Under the pieces are notes generated by a model, which had not been told where the DNA came from, ran no database searches, and was given only the letters and a program-made list of their open reading frames with translations. From NCBI GenBank assembly GCA_017428485.1, contig JAFRQT010000057.1, forward strand, positions 22,745-86,744: a stretch of DNA of 64,000 nt, read 5' to 3'. This document shows positions 48,309-58,376 of this stretch, one piece after another. The stretch's first letter is position 1, and each line of letters opens with the position of its first letter. The translations under genes and the position numbers were made by a program. The DNA comes from Bacilli bacterium (GTDB lineage: Bacteria > Bacillota_I > Bacilli_A > RF39 > UBA660).

Positions 48309-50021
48309 CTAACTTTCCATTTTACTAAGTAGTTTTTTATGAATACCAGGTTCAACAATATTAAGTGCATTTAGTATTATCTCTAGGGATTCTTTATAAT
48401 TTCCTTTATTAAATGCTTTAGTAGAAGCAATTAATCCTAATTCTACTTCTCTATTTGTTGATCTATATCTATTACCATATACTATAGCCATTTCAGCCAT
48501 TGCCGCTGTTTTAGTAGCACTAGATGCTGTCTGATAAAGTTTTAATGCTAAATCTTGAGCAGTATCTACTCTTAAATTAAGTGTTCTTATTGATATTGGT
48601 TTCTTTTCAATTTCCTTATTTATTTCACCAATAGCGTCAACTGCCTCCTTAAGCTCAACATAAAATTTTTCAGGTATTATAGGTAAATTATAATCTTTAA
48701 TTTTATATTTAGAATTATTAATTATATTTTTAATTTCAAATAATTGTTCACGAGCACGTGCTTCATCTTCTTTTAGACTACCTAAATTTTTAAGAGTTGT
48801 TTCTAATTTATCTTCTACTTTAGATAAATTTACAGCAACCAACTCACATTCATTATTTAATTTTGAATAAGGCATTACTCTTGCTAATGTTCTATCATTA
48901 ATTAATTTAAAACTTTCTTTAACTTCTAATAAATCTTTATTAATTTCATCTACAACTTTTATTTCTTCATTTGATAAATCATATGTATCTTTAATATTGT
49001 CTATTTCAGAATATAAATTTCTAACTATTGATGACATTTTATTTAATCTTTCACCAACATTAATTATTCCTCTTTCATATTCTCTTTTGCCACGCTTTTC
49101 ATTATCAAAATCAGTATATATTTTTTCATAATAATCAACTAATGTTTTTAAATCAAATATTGAATCTTGTAAGTTTAATACTTTTAATCTATCTAGTATT
49201 TCACTTATCTTTTTATTTGTTTCAGCTATATTGTATTCTATATTTAAATACTCTATATTATATCCATCTCTTTTTAACTTCTGTGCAATATTTTCAATAT
49301 CTTTCATCTTTTTAGGAAGAATCATATTAGATATCAAAAGAATTGTAGGAGCTTCTTCTACAACAATATTAATATTGTTAATCATATCATCTAATGCTTT
49401 TACTATACGTCCAAATTCATCATAATTTTTCTTTTGTATAGCAACTTCAAAAGCACTAAATAACTTATCAATATTTTCAAATTGTAATTCTATAGGAGTG
49501 TTAACTCCAGTATAATCATTTTTATGTTTATTATATTTAAATACTACTTCTCTATATAAACTCTTTAATTTAGTTACTGTTTCTCTATTTCTTTCTTCAC
49601 TTTCAGTTAAATCTTTAATTTCACTTAATAATTTAATTGATTTAGCTTTAACATGGAATATATCTTTTTCCGCATTTAAAAGTAATGTGTTAGCTTGATC
49701 ATAATCAGCATTAACACAAGCAGTTTCTGCTTCAACAAGTTCATCAGTCAAAAATGGTAAATCTACTTTTTCAAGTTCATCAAATCTTTTTTTCCAATCA
49801 TTAACATCAGCTTGTAATTTTTTATTATTAGCAAGTTTCTCTGCCTTATCTAAATCTGTTATTAATGTAGAAGATATTATAAGATTTTTTTCAGTATTTA
49901 ATTTATCTAAATTATTTATAATATTCTTCTTCTTTTTATTCTTAAAAGCAACTATTAAAACAGTCAAAAATATTACTAATAATAAAAGTACTATTCCAAT
50001 TATTAATGTTGTCTTATTCAT
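48309..50021 (-). CDS. ezrA: septation ring formation regulator EzrA
   Basis: About 570 aa with one N-terminal TM helix and long coiled coils in EzrA-like spacing. ATG 50021 after GGAGGA is preferred over the track start at 50033. Confidence 0.8.
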   Translation of the reverse strand: MNKTTLIIGIVLLLLVIFLTVLIVAFKNKKKKNIINNLDKLNTEKNLIISSTLITDLDKAEKLANNKKLQADVNDWKKRFDELEKVDLPFLTDELVEAETACVNADYDQANTLLLNAEKDIFHVKAKSIKLLSEIKDLTESEERNRETVTKLKSLYREVVFKYNKHKNDYTGVNTPIELQFENIDKLFSAFEVAIQKKNYDEFGRIVKALDDMINNINIVVEEAPTILLISNMILPKKMKDIENIAQKLKRDGYNIEYLNIEYNIAETNKKISEILDRLKVLNLQDSIFDLKTLVDYYEKIYTDFDNEKRGKREYERGIINVGERLNKMSSIVRNLYSEIDNIKDTYDLSNEEIKVVDEINKDLLEVKESFKLINDRTLARVMPYSKLNNECELVAVNLSKVEDKLETTLKNLGSLKEDEARAREQLFEIKNIINNSKYKIKDYNLPIIPEKFYVELKEAVDAIGEINKEIEKKPISIRTLNLRVDTAQDLALKLYQTASSATKTAAMAEMAIVYGNRYRSTNREVELGLIASTKAFNKGNYKESLEIILNALNIVEPGIHKKLLSKMES

Positions 50022-50231
50022 AATATCCTCCATATATCATTTTAGCACATAAATAAATATTTTTGTAGTCTTTTCCAAAATAAAATAAGGAATAATCCTT
50101 AATTTTACATTTTATTAAAGCAACTAATTATTTGATTTTATACTTTGTTTTGATATTTAAAGTAATAAAATCTCTTAGAGATTATCAAATTTTGAGTATG
50201 AATATTATATTAATAATTGAATTTTACCAAT

Positions 50232-50259
50232 TTGATTTATTTTTTCTAATATATAAAAT
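50232..50259 (+). promoter_or_regulatory. promoter of small-peptide gene copy 3
   Basis: TTGATT, 16 nt, TAAAAT (50254-50259). The predicted TSS again falls at the G of GAACAACTGAT (50267). Confidence 0.55.
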
Positions 50260-50315
50260 TGTTACTGAACAACTGATTGTTAGGTGTTATCACACTCATA
50301 AAGGAGGTGATGCAA

Positions 50316-50399
50316 GTGACTAAAAAGGATTTTCTGATTTCATCATTAATCTTTCTTATTCTCTTACTTATTATTCTACTTTTTGTAGTTTTAATATAA
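50316..50399 (+). CDS. 27-aa hydrophobic peptide, candidate type I toxin (copy 3, GTG start)
   Basis: Peptide (M)TKKDFLISSLIFLILLLIILLFVVLI with the same AAGGAGGTGA SD and spacing. It differs from copy 2 by 7 synonymous codon changes and 4 replacements. Confidence 0.55.
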   Translation: MTKKDFLISSLIFLILLLIILLFVVLI

Positions 50400-50467
50400 A
50401 AAAGCACCTAACTAGAATTAGTTAGGTCTACAAAGTAACACCTGACCTTCGAAAATCAGTTGTTCAC
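50398..50467 (-). ncRNA. predicted antisense RNA (candidate antitoxin, copy 3)
   Basis: Runs from the promoter at 50474-50502 to the 9-bp hairpin acctaacta-gaat-tagttaggt (50406-50427), followed by GCTTTTTT on the minus strand. Confidence 0.45.
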
Positions 50468-50473
50468 ACTAAA

Positions 50474-50502
50474 ATAGTATCATAAAATAAACAAATTGTA
50501 AA
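50474..50502 (-). promoter_or_regulatory. convergent promoter for the antisense RNA (copy 3)
   Basis: The minus strand reads TTTACA-17nt-TACTAT with a TG extended -10 (tatGaTACTAT). Its position is conserved relative to copies 1 and 2. Confidence 0.5.
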
Positions 50503-50529
50503 TGAATATCAAAAAAATACACAAATGTG

Positions 50530-50558
50530 TTGACAAAGCATTTTATATTTGGTAATAT
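50530..50558 (+). promoter_or_regulatory. putative helD promoter
   Basis: TTGACA-17nt-TAATAT, about 60 nt upstream of the SD (AGGAGGG) and ATG 50617. Confidence 0.55.
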
Positions 50559-50616
50559 CTTTTGCATACGGTAAATTTAATCTAGAGTGTAAGCACTTAT
50601 TTTTATAGGAGGGTTA

Positions 50617-52656
50617 ATGAATTTAAGTGAAGAAGAATTTTCAAAAGAAAAGAAACATCTAGACTTAACTTTAAAACTTTTAAGAGAGCAAATATCAACT
50701 CTTGCTCAAGACTTATATGACAATGAAGAAAAACAACTAGAATTTAAAAAGTTCGTGTGGGATACACGAGCTGAACTTGATCCGACTGAAATGAAAACTA
50801 TTCTTTCGAATAATGAACAAGAAATAGACAACTTAGAAATGAAAGCAAAATACTATAGAAAACTCTATAAAATACAAAACTCACCATATTTTGCAAAAAT
50901 AGTTTTTGAGACTAAGGATGATGGAAAAAAAGATATTTATATTGGACTTACCTATTTAACAAAAGATCAAGATAACATAATCTATGACTGGAGAGCACCA
51001 ATATCAAGTATCTTCTATGATTATGAAAGCGGTAAAGCATCATATGAAGCTCCAGGCGGTGTAATAGAAGGCTATCTTCATAATAAAAGGCAATTTACAA
51101 TTGAAGATGCAAAAATAAAAAGAGTATTTGACTCAAAACTAAATGTTCAAGATGAATTATTGCAAGAAGTACTTGCTAATAAAACAGACGAATATATGAA
51201 AAATATAGTTAATACTATTCAAACAGAACAAAATGCAATCATAAGAAATGTAAAAGATAAAAACCTAATTGTACAAGGAATTGCTGGTTCAGGTAAAACG
51301 TCAGTAGCACTTCATAGAATAGCATTCTTACTATATAAAATTAAAAATTTAACAAGTGATAAAGTATTAATATTCGCACCAAACAAAGTATTTAGTGAAT
51401 ATATCTCAAATGTACTTCCAGAACTAGGAGAAGAAAATACAAAAGAAACAACATTTAGTGATTTTTTAGAGACCTATATAACAGAATACAAATCAATAGA
51501 GTCATTCACATCATTTATAGAAAGATATTACAAATATGAAGAACAATTTATTGATCTTATAAAATTTAAACAATCAAATGAAATAATACCAATTATAGAG
51601 AAATATATAAAGAATTATGTAAATAAAGCAGAGTTTACTGAAGAAATATTTAATCATGAACTTTATATGGAAAAAGAAAAACTAAACTACTACTTAAAAG
51701 AAAGGTACTCCTCTATTCCACTATTTGAAAGAATAGATGAAATATCAAATAAAATAGCTGAAATGGAATTTAGAGGTAATAAATCTAAAGCAAGACAAGT
51801 TAGAAAATGGCTAAGGGAAAGAATTAATATCTCGCTAGACATGAAAGAGATATATAAATCACTTTTTAAAAGTAAAGAATTCATAAGTGCCTATGGAAAA
51901 GAATTACCAGAAAGTTATATAAATAGACTTGATGAAAAAAATATATCCTTTGAAGATGCTTGCTTATTTGTATATATGAAGAGTTTGCTAATGTTCTTAG
52001 GAAATGATTATTCAATAGAACAAACAATAATAGATGAAGCACAAGATTATAATATACTTCAATATATATTACTCAAGAAAATATTAAAGAAAAGTAAATT
52101 CACAATACTAGGAGATATTAATCAAACAATTAACCCTTATTATCAATACAAATCATTAGAAGACTTAAAAACAGTATTCAATGATGGTGGCAATTATATA
52201 GAATTAACTAAAACATATAGATCTAGTCCTGAAATAATTGAACATGCAAATAAGATACTGGGACTTAACTTGGTATCAGCAATTAGAAGAGATACAAAAA
52301 TACCGGTTGAATTTAGAGAAGAAGATAATTTAAAAGAACAACTAATAAAAGATATAAATTCACTTGTTGAAGATAATAAAAGTATTGCAATAATAACTAA
52401 AAATGATGTTGAAGCAAATAAAATATATAATTTATTACATAAAGATTTAGAAGACTTAACACTAATAAGCAACAATTCAAAAACATTCTCAAGAAAATTA
52501 GTAGTTCTTCCTTCTTATATGGCAAAAGGATTAGAATTCGATGCAACAATTATATACACAAATAAAGATAATAAATACACATATGAAGAAAGATATTTAT
52601 ACTATGTATCATGTACGCGTAGTCAACATCATTTGATAATTTATAATAACAATTAA
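50617..52656 (+). CDS. helD: HelD-like (helicase IV / UvrD-like) RNA polymerase-associated ATPase
   Basis: 679 aa. N-terminal coiled-coil arm, Walker A VQGIAGSGKTSVALHRIAFLLY, Walker B IIDEAQDY, and a C-terminal UvrD-like domain (AKGLEFD). Confidence 0.85.
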   Translation: MNLSEEEFSKEKKHLDLTLKLLREQISTLAQDLYDNEEKQLEFKKFVWDTRAELDPTEMKTILSNNEQEIDNLEMKAKYYRKLYKIQNSPYFAKIVFETKDDGKKDIYIGLTYLTKDQDNIIYDWRAPISSIFYDYESGKASYEAPGGVIEGYLHNKRQFTIEDAKIKRVFDSKLNVQDELLQEVLANKTDEYMKNIVNTIQTEQNAIIRNVKDKNLIVQGIAGSGKTSVALHRIAFLLYKIKNLTSDKVLIFAPNKVFSEYISNVLPELGEENTKETTFSDFLETYITEYKSIESFTSFIERYYKYEEQFIDLIKFKQSNEIIPIIEKYIKNYVNKAEFTEEIFNHELYMEKEKLNYYLKERYSSIPLFERIDEISNKIAEMEFRGNKSKARQVRKWLRERINISLDMKEIYKSLFKSKEFISAYGKELPESYINRLDEKNISFEDACLFVYMKSLLMFLGNDYSIEQTIIDEAQDYNILQYILLKKILKKSKFTILGDINQTINPYYQYKSLEDLKTVFNDGGNYIELTKTYRSSPEIIEHANKILGLNLVSAIRRDTKIPVEFREEDNLKEQLIKDINSLVEDNKSIAIITKNDVEANKIYNLLHKDLEDLTLISNNSKTFSRKLVVLPSYMAKGLEFDATIIYTNKDNKYTYEERYLYYVSCTRSQHHLIIYNNN

Positions 52657-52660
52657 AAAA

Positions 52661-52678
52661 TAAACTCAATTGAGTTTA
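52661..52678. terminator. bidirectional terminator (18-nt perfect palindrome)
   Basis: Palindrome taaactcaattgagttta flanked by an A-run and a T-run, between convergent helD and 52683..52889. Confidence 0.7.
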
Positions 52679-52682
52679 TTTT

Positions 52683-52889
52683 TTAATTCTCTTCATCATA
52701 TGCATTTTCATCATATTCTTCTACTAGACCATCACCATAAATATCATCATCCTCACTATATGTATATGTAGATTGATCTATTTCATTAGTGAGATTATTT
52801 GTTTCTTTGTTATCATCTTTTTCTCCGCATCCCACTAAAAGTAAACACATTAGTATTGCTAAAACACATATAATAATATTTTTTTTCAT
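52683..52889 (-). CDS. small acidic lipoprotein
   Basis: 68 aa with a signal peptide and lipobox LLVGC. The mature part is rich in D/E/Y. Confidence 0.6.
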   Translation of the reverse strand: MKKNIIICVLAILMCLLLVGCGEKDDNKETNNLTNEIDQSTYTYSEDDDIYGDGLVEEYDENAYDEEN

Positions 52890-52898
52890 ACTTCCCCC

Positions 52899-53870
52899 TT
52901 ATTTATATTTATAAAATCCTTCTTTTGTAGCCTTTCCCATTTTACCTTCTTCAATATATTTATTTAATATTTCTAACATACCATCATAATTATAAGGTAA
53001 CATCATTTTCTTTAAAATTGGATCAAATAAGTTTGGAACTTTTTGATATTGCAATACTATATTTTTAGCTGTCTCTAAACCAACAACATCAAGTATTTGG
53101 AAAGGTCCATGAGGTGCTCCTGTACCAAGAGTCCATGCTTTATCAATAGTTTCTGGATCAGATACTCCATTAGCAACTAAATCCATCGCACAAAGTAAGA
53201 ATGGAACAAGCATAGAGTTTAATAAATATCCAGACTTTTCTTCTCTTGCTGCTAAAGGAACCATATGAATAGCTTCTGCAAATTCAATAATTTCATTAAA
53301 GTATTTATCATCAGTTTCACTATGTTTCATTATTTCAGCAATATTATTTTTCCAAATAGAGTTTGCAAAATGCATTGCTAAATATTTATCTGGTCTCTTT
53401 GTATATTTTGCCATTTTAGATGGTAATAATGTTGATGAGTTGGTTACAATAACTGTTTTTTCAGGAAGTAATGATGATATTTGCTCATAGAAAGCAGTTT
53501 TAACATCAAGTATTTCAGTAATTGATTCAATTACTAAATCAGCATCTTTTAATGCTTCAACTTGATCATTAACAATTTTAATATTATTAATTGCTTTATT
53601 TGCTCTATCTACACATTCATCTTTTTTAAACTTGTCTATATCTGATATACCTCTTGCCCAATTATCTTTGGATTTGCCTTTTTCAGTAGCCATAAGTTTA
53701 ATTGTATCAAGATATGTACGATGTATTTTCTTTAGTCTATCATATACATCATCTTTTGAATCCTCTACACGTATTAATACTGTTACATCAAATCCAGAAT
53801 AAGCACTTTGATATGCTATTTGACTTCCTAAAACTCCCCCACCTGCTACTACTATTTTTTTGTATTTCAT
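52899..53870 (-). CDS. 3-hydroxyacyl-CoA dehydrogenase family protein
   Basis: 323 aa. Rossmann motif KIVVAGGGVLGSQIA, followed by a C-terminal 3HCDH domain. Confidence 0.75.
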   Translation of the reverse strand: MKYKKIVVAGGGVLGSQIAYQSAYSGFDVTVLIRVEDSKDDVYDRLKKIHRTYLDTIKLMATEKGKSKDNWARGISDIDKFKKDECVDRANKAINNIKIVNDQVEALKDADLVIESITEILDVKTAFYEQISSLLPEKTVIVTNSSTLLPSKMAKYTKRPDKYLAMHFANSIWKNNIAEIMKHSETDDKYFNEIIEFAEAIHMVPLAAREEKSGYLLNSMLVPFLLCAMDLVANGVSDPETIDKAWTLGTGAPHGPFQILDVVGLETAKNIVLQYQKVPNLFDPILKKMMLPYNYDGMLEILNKYIEEGKMGKATKEGFYKYK

Positions 53871-53944
53871 AACCTATCCTCCTATATAATTATAACTTAA
53901 TATTCTTTCTATTAAAAATTATTTTTAAATTAAAAATGTAAACT

Positions 53945-54616
53945 TTACTCTGCGCAATCCATAGATTCCATATAAGATCTTCCACCATCAAATGAATGAT
54001 TATATATAGAGAATAATTCTAATGTATCTTTCTTAGAATATTCAGATTCATCTCTTTTTAAATACTCTTTATATTTAGAAACATTTTCTCCTGGATATGA
54101 TAAATACATATATATTATTTCTTTATTCTCTCTATCTATTAATGCATATTCATATGTATGAGAAAAACCATCGATAGTTATATAAGCGGGATAATTATAT
54201 GATGAATTATCATATTTAATATTATTGGTATAATAGTTTGAATCAGATGAACAACTTTCGTATATAGTTATATTTATATCACTAAGTCTTTCAATTTCAT
54301 TTTCAAACATCTCATCATTATATTTTGCTTTTAAAATTATATATCCATCAGTGTCCAAAAGACTAGTTTTTAAAGATGAAGTAAAAAATGCATCTTGCAT
54401 ATTAGAACTATCTTCAGGAAATATTGATAATTCAGAATCCAAATCACCACCATATTCATTAAGATAAATGTATTTACTATAGTTATCTATTCCTTCTACT
54501 GTATCATATTTTCCTAAAAAAGATAACAATACAAGTCCTATAACAAATAGTACTCTCATAATAATGGAAGCTATTAAACATAAAATAACAACTAAAATTA
54601 TTTTACTTGTTTTCAT
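53945..54616 (-). CDS. membrane-anchored hypothetical protein
   Basis: 223 aa with an N-terminal TM region. No family recognised. Confidence 0.5.
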   Translation of the reverse strand: MKTSKIILVVILCLIASIIMRVLFVIGLVLLSFLGKYDTVEGIDNYSKYIYLNEYGGDLDSELSIFPEDSSNMQDAFFTSSLKTSLLDTDGYIILKAKYNDEMFENEIERLSDINITIYESCSSDSNYYTNNIKYDNSSYNYPAYITIDGFSHTYEYALIDRENKEIIYMYLSYPGENVSKYKEYLKRDESEYSKKDTLELFSIYNHSFDGGRSYMESMDCAE

Positions 54617-54818
54617 TTTTACCCTTATTTCTAATTATTAATGCTATTATTAATAATATTATACTTGGTAATACAAATTCTAAAGCCCTTACTAATACAT
54701 AAGCACTAAATGGAGCTGAATAAGTAACATCATATTTTGAATAATCAATTAATGTAAAAACTACAAAAACAACTATTAATAAAACAGATACAACATATAA
54801 TATTTTTTCTTTTTGCAT
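54603..54818 (-). CDS. small two-TM membrane protein
   Basis: 71 aa with two hydrophobic helices. It overlaps the downstream gene by 14 nt. Confidence 0.45.
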   Translation of the reverse strand: MQKEKILYVVSVLLIVVFVVFTLIDYSKYDVTYSAPFSAYVLVRALEFVLPSIILLIIALIIRNKGKNENK

Positions 54819-54883
54819 AATTACCTACTTTCCTAAATAATTATAACATACATTTATATAAAATAAAAAAACTCATTACTGAG

Positions 54884-55330
54884 TTATTTATTATATTTAA
54901 TATACTTATTAATCCAAGATTCAAATTCTTTAATATCTTGATATTTATCTAAATCTTCATCTTTTTCTGCATCTAAATATGCAACTATTTTATTATCACT
55001 AACTACTATTACTGTTGGAACATATTTAACTTTATCATATAAAGATGTTTTTTTATATTCATCAATGTTTATTGATAGAAAACTTATATTATATTTTTCC
55101 ATATATTCTTTAAATATATTTTGACATGGTACCCTTAAGGAGCAAAAAGTATTATGAACAAATACTACATAATTTTTAGGATTTGTATCTTTAAAATAAT
55201 CACTTGTTATTTCAATGTATTCATTGTTTCCATAATATATATCATCAAGTTCAACATCTCCAATAGTTTTAGGAGAACAAGCTGTTAATAAGAAAATACA
55301 AACTATTAATACTAAAACTCTCTTATACAT
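54884..55330 (-). CDS. thioredoxin-fold lipoprotein (atypical Cys pair)
   Basis: 148 aa with lipobox LLTAC. The segment VVFVHNTFCSLRVPCQNIF...KYVPTVIVV resembles a Trx fold, with CxxxxxC instead of CxxC. Confidence 0.45.
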   Translation of the reverse strand: MYKRVLVLIVCIFLLTACSPKTIGDVELDDIYYGNNEYIEITSDYFKDTNPKNYVVFVHNTFCSLRVPCQNIFKEYMEKYNISFLSINIDEYKKTSLYDKVKYVPTVIVVSDNKIVAYLDAEKDEDLDKYQDIKEFESWINKYIKYNK

Positions 55331-56010
55331 TATTTAACCTCTGTAAGTCTACTAAAATCTATATTATGATATGGTACTTTAGAGAAATCACATTTATTTG
55401 TTCCTTCAATTACAGTACTAATAGCATGTTTACCATCATAACTCCAAAATCCACCAACGTTATATATTTTTGATGTATCCCATCCGAGTGCCCCTAACAT
55501 CTGCTTTGTAAAGTTAGCATACCCACCTGCTCCACACATTAAGAATATAGTTTTATCCTTTGGAAATATATATTCAAGTATTTCCATTGATTCTTTATAA
55601 TTTGCAACATATTTACCATTTTCTAATCTAAATAATGTTTTTCCACTATATAAACCACTCACATTTTCTTGTTTCTTTTGTTCTACATATTCTTCTGGAA
55701 ATTCAGTTAAGTATGCATAAGGTATTACTTCAAATCCACGAACAAATCCAGTTAAATTTCTTTCTCCACCTTTATTTTCCCATGTTGCAGTATCTTCAAG
55801 CATTCTAACATCACGATATACAACATCACTTCTACCAAGATAATTATCAATTGTTTTTTCATTGATGTTTTTATCTATATCATAAACTCCTCTTAAGCCT
55901 TCAGATTTTTCTTGTGCTGGTAGAGACTTCAAACTATTACATCCAAAAATGCAATAAGATATTAATCCTCCAACAACAATACCACATATAATATAAATTA
56001 ATTTTTTCAT
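55330..56010 (-). CDS. rhodanese-like domain lipoprotein
   Basis: 226 aa with lipobox IFGC. The segment IFLMCGAGGYANFTKQMLGALGW resembles a rhodanese active-site loop. Confidence 0.45.
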   Translation of the reverse strand: MKKLIYIICGIVVGGLISYCIFGCNSLKSLPAQEKSEGLRGVYDIDKNINEKTIDNYLGRSDVVYRDVRMLEDTATWENKGGERNLTGFVRGFEVIPYAYLTEFPEEYVEQKKQENVSGLYSGKTLFRLENGKYVANYKESMEILEYIFPKDKTIFLMCGAGGYANFTKQMLGALGWDTSKIYNVGGFWSYDGKHAISTVIEGTNKCDFSKVPYHNIDFSRLTEVK

Positions 56011-56050
56011 AACTTCACCTCATAATTGTCTACCAATTTATTATATCATA

Positions 56051-56914
56051 TTATTTTAATAAATGTGCTGTTATTATAGTATAACTATGTGAATTTATTG
56101 TGAAAATAATATTATCTATTTCACAATACCAATTCTTACCATTTTTATATATCATACAATTGCTTTTTAATAATTTATTTTTGCAATAAATAATTACATC
56201 TTCATCTATATTAAGATTTCTTTTAATTCTTTTTTCTCCTAATTTAGTAGTATGTATTTTAGATAAATTTAATAGTAAACTATTTATTTTTAAATTTTTA
56301 CAAACCTCATTAAATATTTCATTGCTTCTTTTACGTAAATAATTCGAATCACTTACTAATTTATAAATCTCATCAGATGAATAATTATTAATTATATAAT
56401 TTACTATTGTATAAGCATATTTGTAATTACCATTAAAATTATTCTTCAATGATTCAAAATCACAATTAGATAAATCTGCTATATCATAATTTTGATTAGA
56501 TAAATTAGTTGCAATTCCTTCATTAAACCATATTGTTTGATTATAATCACTATTTATTTCATCATTACATGCATGAACAAATTCATGTAATATTAATTTT
56601 AAAAATGAACTAAGTTTTATATCTTTATGTTTAGTATATTTAATTTGATCTTTTAAAGTTAATATCATAATAGTATTAGTCTTTTTATCTGTATCCGCTC
56701 TTACATAATCATGATATTCACCATATTTAGAAATAATATATTCTTTAAATTCATTAAATCCTACTATTCTAATATTAATCTTATTAGATAGTTTTTTTAA
56801 TCTAAAAAAATTAAGTATTCTATTATCATTATCATTTATATAAGAAACAACATCATTAAAATAAGAAATATTATTTTCACTTTCTAAAATAACATTATTG
56901 AGTACTTTCTTCAT
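56051..56914 (-). CDS. HExxH metallopeptidase-like domain fused to a DUF3781-like C-terminus
   Basis: 287 aa. Contains LILHEFVHACN (HExxH). The C-terminal segment HTTKLGEKRIKRNL...YKNGKNWYCEIDNIIFTINSHSYTIITAH is DUF3781-like. Confidence 0.5.
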   Translation of the reverse strand: MKKVLNNVILESENNISYFNDVVSYINDNDNRILNFFRLKKLSNKINIRIVGFNEFKEYIISKYGEYHDYVRADTDKKTNTIMILTLKDQIKYTKHKDIKLSSFLKLILHEFVHACNDEINSDYNQTIWFNEGIATNLSNQNYDIADLSNCDFESLKNNFNGNYKYAYTIVNYIINNYSSDEIYKLVSDSNYLRKRSNEIFNEVCKNLKINSLLLNLSKIHTTKLGEKRIKRNLNIDEDVIIYCKNKLLKSNCMIYKNGKNWYCEIDNIIFTINSHSYTIITAHLLK

Positions 56915-56968
56915 AAACTCACCAAATAAATTATATCATAAAAAAACAACAGTCATAAGACTATTGTT

Positions 56969-57823
56969 CTATTCTAAAGTATATGTATTTTTACCTATTG
57001 TTAATTTATATTCTTGTTTTTCACCAGAAGGACTTTCAATAACTAATTTAGTTTCTCCAGTCTTATAGAATTTAGCACCTATACAATAATCATCTAAATT
57101 CTTTTCATATCTAACAAATACTTCTCCCAAATCACTGTTGGTTAAGTATGTTTTATATGTATCATTAAATGGTGTCTTTTCACTATTACATCTTAATGTT
57201 GTTTCGTATGTAGGTTTATTTAGTATTACTGGCAAACTAAATATTACTAGTAATACTATGCTGATACCTAATCCAATGTATTTTAAATACTTATTATTGA
57301 ATATAACTAGTGGATACATAATTAAAGTAAATATTACAAATATTAGATTAATTAAATGATGAGGAAAAGAATATATTAAACCTGATAAAGAAGTTCCAAT
57401 ACTAGTAGATAATAACGCTAACATAGGAAGTAATATTAATAAGCTATACCACTTTTCTTTCTTCATATAGTATCCAATATATCCCATTGGTAAAGTAAAT
57501 ATTGTCCATATAAACCAATATTTATAATATACAAATATTTGCCATCCTAATCTATTAAATGGAACTTCTGCTAAATAAATTAAAGGCTGACTTATTAAAA
57601 AGAATACAAAACATTTAATAGCAGCTTCTTTATTAGATTTAGAGTTCATGATTATAAATATTCCACATAATATCCAAAAATCAAAATAAGTAGCAACATC
57701 AGTTATAGTTGTATCAAATAAACAGGGAACACTGTTTAATAGGCCTACACCAATTCCGATTACTACTGCTGCTATAATTACCTTTTTCCATGTTAAATTT
57801 ACTTCTCCAAATAGTTTTTTCAT
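56969..57823 (-). CDS. polytopic membrane protein with a C-terminal soluble domain
   Basis: 284 aa with about 6 TM helices. No family recognised. Confidence 0.5.
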   Translation of the reverse strand: MKKLFGEVNLTWKKVIIAAVVIGIGVGLLNSVPCLFDTTITDVATYFDFWILCGIFIIMNSKSNKEAAIKCFVFFLISQPLIYLAEVPFNRLGWQIFVYYKYWFIWTIFTLPMGYIGYYMKKEKWYSLLILLPMLALLSTSIGTSLSGLIYSFPHHLINLIFVIFTLIMYPLVIFNNKYLKYIGLGISIVLLVIFSLPVILNKPTYETTLRCNSEKTPFNDTYKTYLTNSDLGEVFVRYEKNLDDYCIGAKFYKTGETKLVIESPSGEKQEYKLTIGKNTYTLE

Positions 57824-57824
57824 A

Positions 57825-58367
57825 TCACTTGCCCTCTATTTCTTTCATTGCTCTTTCAGTTACTTCTTTTATGTATTTGTCTTTTCCTAAAGTATATTGA
57901 TTCCTATCATCTTTATATTTTTCATATAATTCTATTTTTAATTTTTCATAATGTTTTTTTTCATCTTCATGTTTATTTAAATAGTCTCTAAAAGCAATTT
58001 GTTTTATTGCATTAATATCTCCTGTTTTATAAACATGAATAAATGCTTTTACTTTTCCATCTTCTTCTTTACGAATTAGATAATCTCCACCCATTGTTGG
58101 TTCTTTTTTAACTGTATATATCTCCCCTTCAACTTTTGATTCAGTAAAATTCTTAAAGTCTTCTAAATCATCAGTTTGAATGTTTATATCTATAATTGGT
58201 TTAGACTTAATATTTTTTATACTAGTACTTCCAACATGATCTATTTGAGATATTTTATTGCCATAAATTTTTAATAATTCTTCTTTTTCAGATTCATATA
58301 TTTTGTTATAATCATCTCTATAGTCCATTATTTCAAGATATCCACGTTTTAAACCAATATTTTTCAT
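57825..58367 (-). CDS. GrpB-family protein
   Basis: 180 aa with IDHVGSTSI...SKPIIDI typical of GrpB (nucleotidyltransferase-fold). Confidence 0.65.
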   Translation of the reverse strand: MKNIGLKRGYLEIMDYRDDYNKIYESEKEELLKIYGNKISQIDHVGSTSIKNIKSKPIIDINIQTDDLEDFKNFTESKVEGEIYTVKKEPTMGGDYLIRKEEDGKVKAFIHVYKTGDINAIKQIAFRDYLNKHEDEKKHYEKLKIELYEKYKDDRNQYTLGKDKYIKEVTERAMKEIEGK

Positions 58368-58376
58368 ATAATCTCC

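Noticed and set aside
50132-50323. 63-aa track ORF ending ..VRCYHTHKGGDASD, and the similar reading through the copy 1 and 2 leaders.
   Set aside because: It runs through the promoter and leader of the small-peptide gene. It has no SD and its composition looks random. Its conserved tail is conserved because the RNA leader is conserved.
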